From an uncultured Pelagibacteraceae bacterium (lineage in GTDB: Bacteria; Pseudomonadota; Alphaproteobacteria; Pelagibacterales; Pelagibacteraceae): a stretch of DNA of 64,000 nucleotides. The stretch is taken from positions 116,465 through 180,464 of the forward strand of contig CACNQD010000004.1 in assembly GCA_902622545.1 (NCBI GenBank). Reading direction: 5' to 3'. Made by a program: the position numbers and the translations under genes. Below, in pieces: positions 55,141 to 64,000 of the stretch. The notes under the pieces are model-generated. The model was given only the letters and a program-made list of their open reading frames with translations, did no database searches and had not been told where the DNA came from. Position 1 is the stretch's first letter; the number at the start of each line of letters is the position of its first letter.

Positions 55141-56061
55141 TTAAGCAGAAGTTTTTAATGGATTCTTTATTAAGAAAGAATGTGGTATATTTTTTTCTTT
55201 GAGTTCAATTATTGAAAAATTATCATTATTGCTTAATAAATCTCTTAATCCTTGGTTAGTCATATTATGACCACCTTGACTTGATGTAATTTTTCCTACC
55301 ATTCTATAGCCGGCGAGGTATATGTCCCCTAGGCAATCTAAAATTTTATGATTCACAAACTCCTTAGTATTTCTTAATTTTTCTGGATTAAGTATTTCGT
55401 TACCTTTTAATACTATAGCGTTCTCGAGACTTCCCCCTTTGGCTAACCCTATCTTTTTTAATTTTTCAACATCCTCAAACAAACAAAAAGTTCTTGAATT
55501 ATACATATCTGTTAAATCATTCATATAGATATTTATTGAATTTCTTTGGTTTAAAATTAAATTTTGTTTATATTTAATCTCAAAGTCAATTTCTAAACTA
55601 ATTTTGTTTGGTTCAAATTTGATAAATTTTTCACCATCCGAGTAAGTAACTTTTTTATTAATTTTAATTATTCTTATGGGTTGATCACTAATTTTAAATC
55701 CAATATTTTGCAAGACATCTATAAAATTTTTTGCAGAACCATCCATAATTGGTAATTCCTCAGAATTCAATTCGACAAAAAGATTATCTATGCCTAATCC
55801 ACATAAAGCAGCCATTAAATGTTCAACTGTTGAAACGCTTACACCATATTCATTTGTTAATTTTGTACAATAAGAAGCGCTTGATACATTAAATACACTC
55901 GGATAAATTAAATTGTTATTATTTAAATCTGATCTTTTAAATATAATTCCTGTGTTTGGTGGAGCAGGAAACAAAGTCATTAAAACTTTTTTACCTGAAT
56001 GTAGTCCTATACCTTCAAATTTTGCGCTATTTTTTATAGTTTTTTGATTTAATACTGACAT
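55141..56061 (-). CDS. lpxC: UDP-3-O-acyl-N-acetylglucosamine deacetylase
   Basis: GIGLHSG, TVEHLMAAL, HKILDCLGD. Confidence 0.97.
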   Translation of the reverse strand: MSVLNQKTIKNSAKFEGIGLHSGKKVLMTLFPAPPNTGIIFKRSDLNNNNLIYPSVFNVSSASYCTKLTNEYGVSVSTVEHLMAALCGLGIDNLFVELNSEELPIMDGSAKNFIDVLQNIGFKISDQPIRIIKINKKVTYSDGEKFIKFEPNKISLEIDFEIKYKQNLILNQRNSINIYMNDLTDMYNSRTFCLFEDVEKLKKIGLAKGGSLENAIVLKGNEILNPEKLRNTKEFVNHKILDCLGDIYLAGYRMVGKITSSQGGHNMTNQGLRDLLSNNDNFSIIELKEKNIPHSFLIKNPLKTSA

Positions 56062-56127
56062 TTAAACCTTATAGGAGTTAAGGATAATTAAGGAAAAACA
56101 AGTAATATTACAAAAGAATACAAAAAT

Positions 56128-56838
56128 TTATCCAAATAAATCAAATATTTTGTAAAAAATACCTCTTTTTTTTGAAATACTATCATTTAAGTAAACTTCT
56201 GATTGATTAATTCCATTTAAGACTTTTACCGCAGACACACACATTGTGTCATCAGTGGTATCATTTGAGAATTTTTTAGCATATTCATATGATACAATCT
56301 TATTAACATTGACTTTACAATCGCTAAACAGGTTATTTACTTTGGTAATTATGTTTTTATCTAAGCATATAAATTCAATTTCAAGAATAATTTTTTTAAA
56401 ATTAATATTCTTTGGAAAAAATTCGTATATCCTATCGTCGACTACAAATTTATTAATCATTATATGAATAATAGATAAATTTTTTTCACTTAAGTGAAAT
56501 TTTTGAATACTGCTAGTTATAAGATCAGTAATAACCTTTTTATCAAGTATTTTTTCGTCAAATATATTTTTTATACTAAATGATATCCTCTGAGTAGAAT
56601 TTGACTTTATAGATATATTCCCACTATTTAAAAAAAAACCTAAATTTTTTTCTATCTTCCTTATATTATTTTTTAGTAAATTTGAAATAATTCTAAAATT
56701 TAAATTATTATTTAGACTGTCTGGAATTTCAAAATCTACTCTTTCTTTGTAATCTATTTTTCCCTTTTCAAAAAAACATATATAAATTTTTTTTTCTGAA
56801 ATACCGAAGTAAAAGTCTCCTGTTTCATTGCTATTCAT
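56128..56838 (-). CDS. Truncated, divergent FtsA-like protein
   Basis: Position after ftsQ; IIHIMINKFVVD resembles FtsA subdomain 1C; C-terminal amphipathic helix KKRGIFYKIFDLFG; only 236 aa. Confidence 0.6.
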   Translation of the reverse strand: MNSNETGDFYFGISEKKIYICFFEKGKIDYKERVDFEIPDSLNNNLNFRIISNLLKNNIRKIEKNLGFFLNSGNISIKSNSTQRISFSIKNIFDEKILDKKVITDLITSSIQKFHLSEKNLSIIHIMINKFVVDDRIYEFFPKNINFKKIILEIEFICLDKNIITKVNNLFSDCKVNVNKIVSYEYAKKFSNDTTDDTMCVSAVKVLNGINQSEVYLNDSISKKRGIFYKIFDLFG

Positions 56839-57505
56839 ATTTTATTATTTTATTTTTGATTCTTAAATCAATAATTTTAGAATTAACAAATTTTTTTTCA
56901 TTTAACAAATTACTACTATAATTTATTGTATCTTTGGTAAACTTAATTGGTAATTTAATAATAGTACCTTTTTGAAGATGAATATCAAACCTTCCACTTT
57001 TAAAAAAATTGATTTTCTTGATTAATTTATAATCTAATTTTGAGTCGTATAACAAATTTATAACACTATAAATTTTATCTATATCCCCGGAACCTGTAAC
57101 TGTTGGTAAATTCTCTTTTTTATTTTCCAAATCTAATTTTTTTCCGTTATCACCCAAAACTATCTTATTATTATTAATTTCAATTATACATATTGGTTTT
57201 GCTGGGGTGAAATCAATAATTATTTTATTTGGATAATTTTTTTTAACAGTTAGATATTTCACGTCATTTCTCTCACTTAATTTTAAAAAATAATCATTAT
57301 TTATAAAAAAAATATTTTTTGTAGTAATTTCTTTGATATCGTTCTTAATCTGCTCATTTTTTTTTTTTGAAAATCCTTTTACTTGAATATCTTTAATATT
57401 AAATACGCTCTCCTTATTAAAATTATAATTATTTACCGATGTTAAAATAATTATAATTAAGGTATAATAAAAAAATTTAGTTTTTTTATCTATTTGTTGA
57501 TGCAT
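56831..57505 (-). CDS. ftsQ: Cell division protein FtsQ/DivIB
   Basis: N-terminal TM, POTRA region (VKKNYPNKI), C-terminal IIDLRI. Confidence 0.88.
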   Translation of the reverse strand: MHQQIDKKTKFFYYTLIIIILTSVNNYNFNKESVFNIKDIQVKGFSKKKNEQIKNDIKEITTKNIFFINNDYFLKLSERNDVKYLTVKKNYPNKIIIDFTPAKPICIIEINNNKIVLGDNGKKLDLENKKENLPTVTGSGDIDKIYSVINLLYDSKLDYKLIKKINFFKSGRFDIHLQKGTIIKLPIKFTKDTINYSSNLLNEKKFVNSKIIDLRIKNKIIKYE

Positions 57506-58397
57506 CTTTTATAATCCAATTAATTAAAGAACCAAAATTTATGCCTCTGTAAGCAGCTATCTCTGGGACTAATGAAAGGTCAGTCATTCCTGGCTGAGTA
57601 TTGATTTCAAGTAAATAGAATTTATCTTTATAATACTTAAAATCAGATCTAGTTACGCCTTTGCAGCTCAATAATTTATGTGCCTTTAATGCAATTTTAT
57701 TAATTTTGTCTAAATTTTTTTTACTTAATTTTACCGGTATGATGTGTTCAGTTTTTGCATTAGAATCATATTTAGCATTAAAATCATAGAATTTTCTTTT
57801 TGGCTTAAGCTCTATAAGACCCAATACTTTATTACCCATAATTGCTACCTGTATCTCTCTACCTGGAATAAATTCTTCAATGAGTAATTCTTTGTAATGC
57901 CTCATTTTTTTTAGTCTATTTAGTAAAGACAATTTATTATTACAAATGAATACGTCTAGACTTGATCCTTCATTAATTGGTTTTAAAACTACTGGATAAT
58001 TTAGGTAATTTTTAATTTTCGTATAATTTATTTTTTCAATATTACATTTTATTTTTATAAATTTAGGGGTTAATATTTTGTTTTTTATAAAAATTTTTTT
58101 CGAAATCTCTTTATCCATTGCTAACATAGAGGAAACAACTCCTGAATGAGTGTACTTAACACCTAATGTTTCTAATATTGATTGAATATAACCATCTTCT
58201 CCAAACCTACCGTGTAATGCGTTAAAAATTACATCGGGTTTGAAAGTTTTGACCGTTTTTAAAAAATTTTTACACGGATCAGAAAATTTTACTTTATGTG
58301 TTTTTTTAATTGATTTTATAATAGCTCTAGATGATTTAAGGCTAATAACACGCTCTTTTGAATATCCGCCTCCTAAAATTAAAACCTTTTTTTTCAT
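57486..58397 (-). CDS. ddl: D-alanine--D-alanine ligase
   Basis: ALHGRFGEDG, EGSS, FYDFNAKY, LEINTQPGMT. Confidence 0.96.
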   Translation of the reverse strand: MKKKVLILGGGYSKERVISLKSSRAIIKSIKKTHKVKFSDPCKNFLKTVKTFKPDVIFNALHGRFGEDGYIQSILETLGVKYTHSGVVSSMLAMDKEISKKIFIKNKILTPKFIKIKCNIEKINYTKIKNYLNYPVVLKPINEGSSLDVFICNNKLSLLNRLKKMRHYKELLIEEFIPGREIQVAIMGNKVLGLIELKPKRKFYDFNAKYDSNAKTEHIIPVKLSKKNLDKINKIALKAHKLLSCKGVTRSDFKYYKDKFYLLEINTQPGMTDLSLVPEIAAYRGINFGSLINWIIKDASTNR

Positions 58398-59306
58398 TTA
58401 ATCTACAATTTCCAATTCAAGCTCCAAAGTTATTCCTGTTTTTTCTTTAACTTTTTTTTTTACAAAATTAATTAAATTATTCATATTTTCAAATGAAGCA
58501 TTATTGGTATTAATAAAGAAATTACAGTGCTTTTCAGATATTTTTGCATCACCAAAACTAATTTTACTATCTACGTGCTCCTTTATAAGTTCCCAAGCTT
58601 TTTTTTCTGACTGATTTTTTGGATTCTTAAATGTGCTACCTCCAGTTTTAACTCTTAATGGTTGGGAGACTTCTTTTTTTTCTTTTAGTATGTTGATATT
58701 TTCTTCTATTTTTTTTTTATCTTTTTTATTAGTTTTAAATGACGCACTTAAAAAAATAAGGTTTTTAGGTAGGTTTGTTTGTCTGTAACCAAATTTTATG
58801 TTTTTTGAGTTAATCGTATATACATTGCCGTTAAAATCCATAACTTGAACAGAAAGTAGAACATCTTTAAATTCTGTGCCAAAACATCCTGAATTCATTC
58901 TTATACCACCGCCTATAGATCCTGGTATGCATGATAAAAACTCAAGGCCACTTAAATTATTTTCACAAGCAAAATTAGATACACTTTTGTCTAATATTGA
59001 ACATCCTGCAATCAAAACATTATCTTTTAATAGGGATATTTTATTAAAATTTTTACCTAATTTAATAAAAATATGATTATTGACATTTTCAGAAATGAGT
59101 AAATTTGAACCTGCTCCTATCGTAAAAAAATTATTATGTTCTTTTTTTATGTATAACAAAAAATCTTTTAATTCAGTTAAAGTTTCTGGAACAAAAAAAA
59201 TTTTTGCATTTCCACCGATGTTAAGCCATGTGTGATTTTTTAAACTATAATCAAATTTTATTTTACCTTTAATATTTTTTGAAAAACTATTTAAATCTTT
59301 TAACAT
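58398..59306 (-). CDS. murB: UDP-N-acetylmuramate dehydrogenase
   Basis: GAGSNLL, IPGSIGG, TGGSTFKNP, KHCNF. Confidence 0.96.
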   Translation of the reverse strand: MLKDLNSFSKNIKGKIKFDYSLKNHTWLNIGGNAKIFFVPETLTELKDFLLYIKKEHNNFFTIGAGSNLLISENVNNHIFIKLGKNFNKISLLKDNVLIAGCSILDKSVSNFACENNLSGLEFLSCIPGSIGGGIRMNSGCFGTEFKDVLLSVQVMDFNGNVYTINSKNIKFGYRQTNLPKNLIFLSASFKTNKKDKKKIEENINILKEKKEVSQPLRVKTGGSTFKNPKNQSEKKAWELIKEHVDSKISFGDAKISEKHCNFFINTNNASFENMNNLINFVKKKVKEKTGITLELELEIVD

Positions 59307-60706
59307 TATTTTTTCATTAGACCTGGCAATTCTTTAATCCAATTTGATATAGTTCCGGCTCCCATACCAATTACAACGTTTTCATGACTTAAAAATTGTT
59401 TTAAAAATTTTGCTAATTCATTTTGGTTTTTTACAAAGAATACTTGAACTTTGGATTTTTTTGCGATTTGTTCTGCAAATTTATTATAATTAAAGTTTAA
59501 TTTAAGATTTTCACCAGCTTTGTAGACAGGACATAAAATTACATAACTAGCTTTTTTAAATGACAAACAAAATTCGTTTTTTAAATCATTCAATCTTGAT
59601 ACTCTATGAGGCTGAAAAATACATATTATTTTTTTTTCCTTAAAGCTGTTGTTAACCCCATTTATAACTTGTCTGATTTCTGTGGGGTGATGGGCATAAT
59701 CATCGTAAATATCTGCCCCATTATATGTAAATATTTTATTAAATCTTCTTTCGACACCCTTGAAGTTCTTTAAACTTTTTTTCAGAATATTAGATGATAT
59801 TCCAATAAAATTAGAGACCGCAATCGCCGCAGTTGCATTTTTGACATTATGAGATCCAATCAAGGGTATTTCAAATTTTTTTATAAAAGTTTTTTTTTTA
59901 TTAGGTAGGTTCATTTCAATGTCAAAAGTTGACTTATTTTTTAGGAATGAACAATTTTTAATTTTGAAATTTGAATATTTATTGAAACCATATGTAAGAA
60001 TATTTTTAATTTTGCTTTTTTTATAAATATCTTTATTATTTTTATCATCAATACAAACAAATGTTTTGCCAAAAGACGGAACATTTGACATAAATTTTAT
60101 AAAGTGCTTTTTTAAATCATCAAGAGATTTATAATAATCCATATGTTCTCTATCAATATTTGTTACAACAGCATAAGTAGATGGAACTTTTACAAAACTG
60201 CCGTCTGACTCATCTGACTCTAAAATACTCCACTCACTTTTTCCAAGTTTAGCAGAATTTTCCAATGAATTAATTACTCCACCATTAATTATAGTCGGGT
60301 CTAATTTTGCTTTGGCAAAAATAGATGCTATTAAGGATGTGGTAGTAGTTTTGCCATGAGATCCTGAAACCACTATATTTTTTTTGAGAGAGGTTATGTG
60401 CGCTAACATATCCCCTCTTTTATAAATAGGTAAATTTTTCTTTTTTGCCGCTTTAAACTCTACATTTGAGTTTTTGATTGCCGATGAAATTACTAAAATT
60501 GTAGCCCTTTTAATATTTGATTTGGTATGCCCTAAAAAAAATTTAACATGATTTTTTTTTAATCTTTCTATATTTTTATTATAAACTTTGTCACTACCTT
60601 GTATTTTAAAACCCAATCCTTTCATTATTAATGCGAGGCCACTCATACCAATACCACCTATCCCAACAAAATGGATTATTTCTGATTTAGCTAAGTTTAT
60701 ATTCAT
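59306..60706 (-). CDS. murC: UDP-N-acetylmuramate--L-alanine ligase
   Basis: GIGGIGMSG, GSHGKTTT, ESDESD, DDYAHHPTEI. Confidence 0.97.
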   Translation of the reverse strand: MNINLAKSEIIHFVGIGGIGMSGLALIMKGLGFKIQGSDKVYNKNIERLKKNHVKFFLGHTKSNIKRATILVISSAIKNSNVEFKAAKKKNLPIYKRGDMLAHITSLKKNIVVSGSHGKTTTTSLIASIFAKAKLDPTIINGGVINSLENSAKLGKSEWSILESDESDGSFVKVPSTYAVVTNIDREHMDYYKSLDDLKKHFIKFMSNVPSFGKTFVCIDDKNNKDIYKKSKIKNILTYGFNKYSNFKIKNCSFLKNKSTFDIEMNLPNKKKTFIKKFEIPLIGSHNVKNATAAIAVSNFIGISSNILKKSLKNFKGVERRFNKIFTYNGADIYDDYAHHPTEIRQVINGVNNSFKEKKIICIFQPHRVSRLNDLKNEFCLSFKKASYVILCPVYKAGENLKLNFNYNKFAEQIAKKSKVQVFFVKNQNELAKFLKQFLSHENVVIGMGAGTISNWIKELPGLMKK

Positions 60707-60708
60707 TT

Positions 60709-61770
60709 TTATAATTGATTGTTTAAATAACTAGAATTTTGTTCCCAATCATATGCTTTATGAAAATTTTCCATATTTTTTTTTTTTTGAAATACCAATT
60801 TTTTATTTTTAATCAAATTTGAAACAAATTTATATAAAAAATTACTACTTAAATTGGTTTCTCTTATTAACCAACCTAGATTTTTTTTTGTATAATATCT
60901 TGCATTAAAAAATTGGTGATCGTCTTTAGCAAAAGGGAATGGTATAGCTAAAAACGGTGACCCTAAAAATACTAATTCGTTAATTGTTGATGCTCCTGAT
61001 CTTGTTATTGCAAGATCAGTTTTTTTTATAATTTTATATAATTCATTGGTGTATGAAAAAACTTCAAATCTGATATTATTCGAAATATAAAAGTTTTTAA
61101 GATTTTTTAAATTTTCTTTGGAAGTTTGATGATAAATTTTAATTTTGAATTTGTTAGATAATTTAATTAAATCTTCATTAAATAAATTGTCGAATTTCTT
61201 TGCTCCCTGGCTACCGCCTATTATCAGAAGAGAAAAATATTTCGACTTTTTTATAAATTGTTTTTTTGATTGAATAATCTCTTTCCTGATTAAAGGTTTA
61301 ATAACAAAGTTTTTATAACCCATTTTTTTTGGTAAATTTTTAATTTTTTTATTATAAGTAAAGATTTTTTCACAATAATTTAACAAAAATAAATTTGATC
61401 TACCTAAGACTAAGTTAGGCTCAAATAAAAAAAGTTTTAAATTCAAAAATCTAGCAGCTAGACAAATAGGTACAGACATATAACCACCTGTGGATATTAA
61501 TATTTTAATTTTTTTTTTTTTAAAAAAAAAATATGATTTAATTACAGATAATATAAAGTAAACTGCAAAAAATATAAATCCAGTTAGATTTTTGTTAATT
61601 TTAGGAACATCTATTTGTTTAACTTTATATCTTTTTTTATCTAAAAAATTAAAACCTCTTTTATCACAAGTTATCATTACATCATTTTTATCTTTTAAGT
61701 AATCATATAATACTTGAGCAGGAATTACATGACCTCCAGTACCTCCAGTGCTAATAATTATTTTTTTCAT
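60709..61770 (-). CDS. murG: UDP-GlcNAc:lipid I transferase MurG
   Basis: GGTGGHV, GGSQGA, RSGASTI, DDHQFFNA. Confidence 0.95.
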   Translation of the reverse strand: MKKIIISTGGTGGHVIPAQVLYDYLKDKNDVMITCDKRGFNFLDKKRYKVKQIDVPKINKNLTGFIFFAVYFILSVIKSYFFFKKKKIKILISTGGYMSVPICLAARFLNLKLFLFEPNLVLGRSNLFLLNYCEKIFTYNKKIKNLPKKMGYKNFVIKPLIRKEIIQSKKQFIKKSKYFSLLIIGGSQGAKKFDNLFNEDLIKLSNKFKIKIYHQTSKENLKNLKNFYISNNIRFEVFSYTNELYKIIKKTDLAITRSGASTINELVFLGSPFLAIPFPFAKDDHQFFNARYYTKKNLGWLIRETNLSSNFLYKFVSNLIKNKKLVFQKKKNMENFHKAYDWEQNSSYLNNQL

Positions 61771-61774
61771 AAAT

Positions 61775-62893
61775 TTAAATTTTTCTTCTTGTAAAGTTTA
61801 ATATCAACCCTGCCAGTATTGAGGAACTTAGTATCGAAGATCCACCATAACTCAAAAAAGGGAGGGTCATACCAGTTGTTGGTAGAAATCTTATATTAAC
61901 TCCAATATGTATCAACACTTGGAAGATTATTAATAAAATTGAACCAATTAAAATTAATCTATTGGTATTTTTTTTTTCCGTTGGAATTTTTTTAAAAACT
62001 CTAAATATTAAAATTAAAAATATTAACAAAATTAACAATATAAATATAACCCCAAATTCTTCAGAAATTACTGAAATAACATAATCTGTGTGTGCCTCTG
62101 GTACTCGAGTGTTTAGTGTTCCTTCTCCGACACCTTTTCCAAAAAAACCTCCATCAATAATTGCTTCTGTTGCTTTTTGAGATTGATAATTACCTTTTTG
62201 ATTTATATCGAAAAAAGCTTCTAATCTAAATTTAATATACGCAAATTTAGGAACGTAAAAAATTAGGTATCCAAAGATTGATATAGAAAACAACATTAAA
62301 AAACTTAGTAAATATAAATTAATTCCTGATACAAATATAAGACTTAACCAAACACAAGATATTAATAGAGTTTGTCCTATATCAGGTTGTGAAATCAATA
62401 ATGACAAAACAGGCAAAACTATTAACGAACTAACTAAAAATTTAAAGTATTTATTTGAAGTAAACCTTGAGCCCAATATTAATGACATAGAAATTATTAA
62501 AAATGGTTTTAAAAATTCTATTGGTTGAAATCTTGGTATAATTGGAAAATCTAGCCATCTTGTTGATCCCTTTACTTCAACTCCAAAAATTGGAATTAAT
62601 AATAAAGATATAAAAAACGAAATAAATAAAAAAATTGATATTTTATAAATATCTTTTTCATTTAGGGCTGAAAAAAAAATAATTAAACTAAAACCAAGAA
62701 AAATGTAAATAAGGTGTCTTATAAAAAAATAATAATTATTTGTACCTAATTTTGAAGACGCAATTAAAGATGTTGATACCAAAGAAAAAAAAACTCCTAA
62801 TATAATTAAAGATAAAAACAAAAAAAAAATTAATTTATCTAAATTTTTCCACCAGTCATAAATATAATTATCATATAAATTTCTACCTTCCAT
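61775..62893 (-). CDS. ftsW: Peptidoglycan polymerase FtsW
   Basis: FQPIEFLKP, QPDIGQT, PEAHTDY, LPFLSYGGSS. Confidence 0.95.
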   Translation of the reverse strand: MEGRNLYDNYIYDWWKNLDKLIFFLFLSLIILGVFFSLVSTSLIASSKLGTNNYYFFIRHLIYIFLGFSLIIFFSALNEKDIYKISIFLFISFFISLLLIPIFGVEVKGSTRWLDFPIIPRFQPIEFLKPFLIISMSLILGSRFTSNKYFKFLVSSLIVLPVLSLLISQPDIGQTLLISCVWLSLIFVSGINLYLLSFLMLFSISIFGYLIFYVPKFAYIKFRLEAFFDINQKGNYQSQKATEAIIDGGFFGKGVGEGTLNTRVPEAHTDYVISVISEEFGVIFILLILLIFLILIFRVFKKIPTEKKNTNRLILIGSILLIIFQVLIHIGVNIRFLPTTGMTLPFLSYGGSSILSSSILAGLILNFTRRKI

Positions 62894-64000
62894 TTAACCT
62901 ATGCCTTTTAATCAAATAATTGAAAATTTTTCCTCTGTGCTCAAAGTTCTTAAATTGATCAAAAGAGGCAGCAGCAGGGCTAAATAAAATTGTCTTTTTA
63001 TTTTTATCACTCTTAATTTCTTTTTTAATAGTTAAAATTGCATTTTTTAAATTTTTTAAATATTTAAATTTTATTTTGTTTTTAAATTGATTAACAAAGT
63101 AATTTTTATTTAGTCCAATTATATAAGCCTTCAAATTATTATAATATATTTTTTCTAACAAAAATTTATCTCCCTTTTTAAAAGTACCACCAACAATCCA
63201 ATAAATATTTCTATATGTTGACAATAGACTATTTGTTGACGAAAAACTTGTAGATTTTGAATCATTAATTATAGTTAAATTCGATTTGTCATAAATTATT
63301 TGTTTTCTAAATTTTAATCCTTTGAATAAATTTATGGACTTGAATATTCTATTTTCTGGTATTCTAAATATTTTTGAAATTTTATAAATAAAATGAATAT
63401 TGTTTAGATTATTATTATCTAATAAATACTTATTTTTGATTTTTCTTTTGAATAAATCGTAATTATTATATTTAATCCTAATTAATTTAGACTTAATTTT
63501 TTTTTTTGATAAATGTCTATTTATTATTAAACTATCTTTTTCTATCAGCGAGAATTTATTTTTTTCTTGATGACAAATTAATTTAATTTTAGTTTTTGCA
63601 TATTTGTTAATATTATCATGCCTCTCTAAATGGTCTATATTTAAGTTTAAAATTGCCGCATAATCAGCTTTAAAATATTTATTATAAAAAATTTGGTAAG
63701 ATGAGGCTTCAACTATGAAAATAGTTTTCTTTTTAATGTTTGTTTCATTTAATGGAGGTTTTCCAATATTTCCTACAAGTCTGACATCTGTTTTTTCTGA
63801 ACTAAAAATCTTGTAAAGCAATTGACAAGTTGTGGACTTACCATTTGTTCCTGTAATTGCAATTTTGGTGTTCTTTGGATAAGATATATAAAAGATATCT
63901 AATTCAGTAATTATTTTACTCCAATTTTTTAAAAGATATGATTTAAGTTTACACTTCTTGTGATTAATTCCAGGGCTTATCACAATATAATCAAATTCTA
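62883..64000 (-). CDS. murD: MurD ligase, C-terminal part; frame stays open to the right edge
   Basis: EFDYIVISPGI, ITGTNGKSTT, DHLERH, NDSKST, LFSPAAASFDQFKNFEHRG. Confidence 0.95.
   Translation of the reverse strand, partial: EFDYIVISPGINHKKCKLKSYLLKNWSKIITELDIFYISYPKNTKIAITGTNGKSTTCQLLYKIFSSEKTDVRLVGNIGKPPLNETNIKKKTIFIVEASSYQIFYNKYFKADYAAILNLNIDHLERHDNINKYAKTKIKLICHQEKNKFSLIEKDSLIINRHLSKKKIKSKLIRIKYNNYDLFKRKIKNKYLLDNNNLNNIHFIYKISKIFRIPENRIFKSINLFKGLKFRKQIIYDKSNLTIINDSKSTSFSSTNSLLSTYRNIYWIVGGTFKKGDKFLLEKIYYNNLKAYIIGLNKNYFVNQFKNKIKFKYLKNLKNAILTIKKEIKSDKNKKTILFSPAAASFDQFKNFEHRGKIFNYLIKRHRLNGR

Noticed and set aside
63981-63983. GTG as murD start
   Set aside because: Internal Val; the frame is open to the window edge and the MurD N-terminus is missing.

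Overview
AT-rich, densely packed alphaproteobacterial chromosome segment. Gene content, tiny intergenic gaps and a two-piece tmRNA point to a SAR11/Pelagibacterales genome (inference). The left ~27 kb is a nutrient-scavenging and accessory region. It holds a partial FadN-type 3-hydroxyacyl-CoA dehydrogenase, a PotABCD-type ABC transporter with EutD/DoeA-like and EutA-like genes, and an orphan LivJ-like binding protein. It also holds panB, a pxpABC 5-oxoprolinase next to a DctP6/7-like TRAP transporter and a signal-peptide-bearing gamma-glutamylcyclotransferase, proC and rhtB behind a bistable RNA hairpin, and an Amt-PP2C fusion. A passenger-less inverse-autotransporter cassette is bounded by a chimeric, decayed msrB duplicate. 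The right ~37 kb is core genome: rodA-mrdA-mreDCB, leuA-ilvC-ilvH-ilvI, miaA, degP-hflC-hflK, mrp, thyX, ssrA, fumC, uvrD, pepP, ligA, bamD, lpxC and the dcw cluster. At this locus ftsZ and recN are absent and FtsA is reduced to 236 aa. No tRNA, rRNA, CRISPR array, transposase or integrase was seen. Most notable: (i) a putative pyroglutamate/gamma-glutamyl scavenging system, (ii) the MILKF'-'msrB chimeric recombination scar between two alternative cassettes, (iii) the Amt-HAMP-PP2C candidate ammonium sensor, (iv) the split inverse autotransporter, (v) the rhtB leader RNA switch. All family assignments are from motif recognition; no database searches were run.
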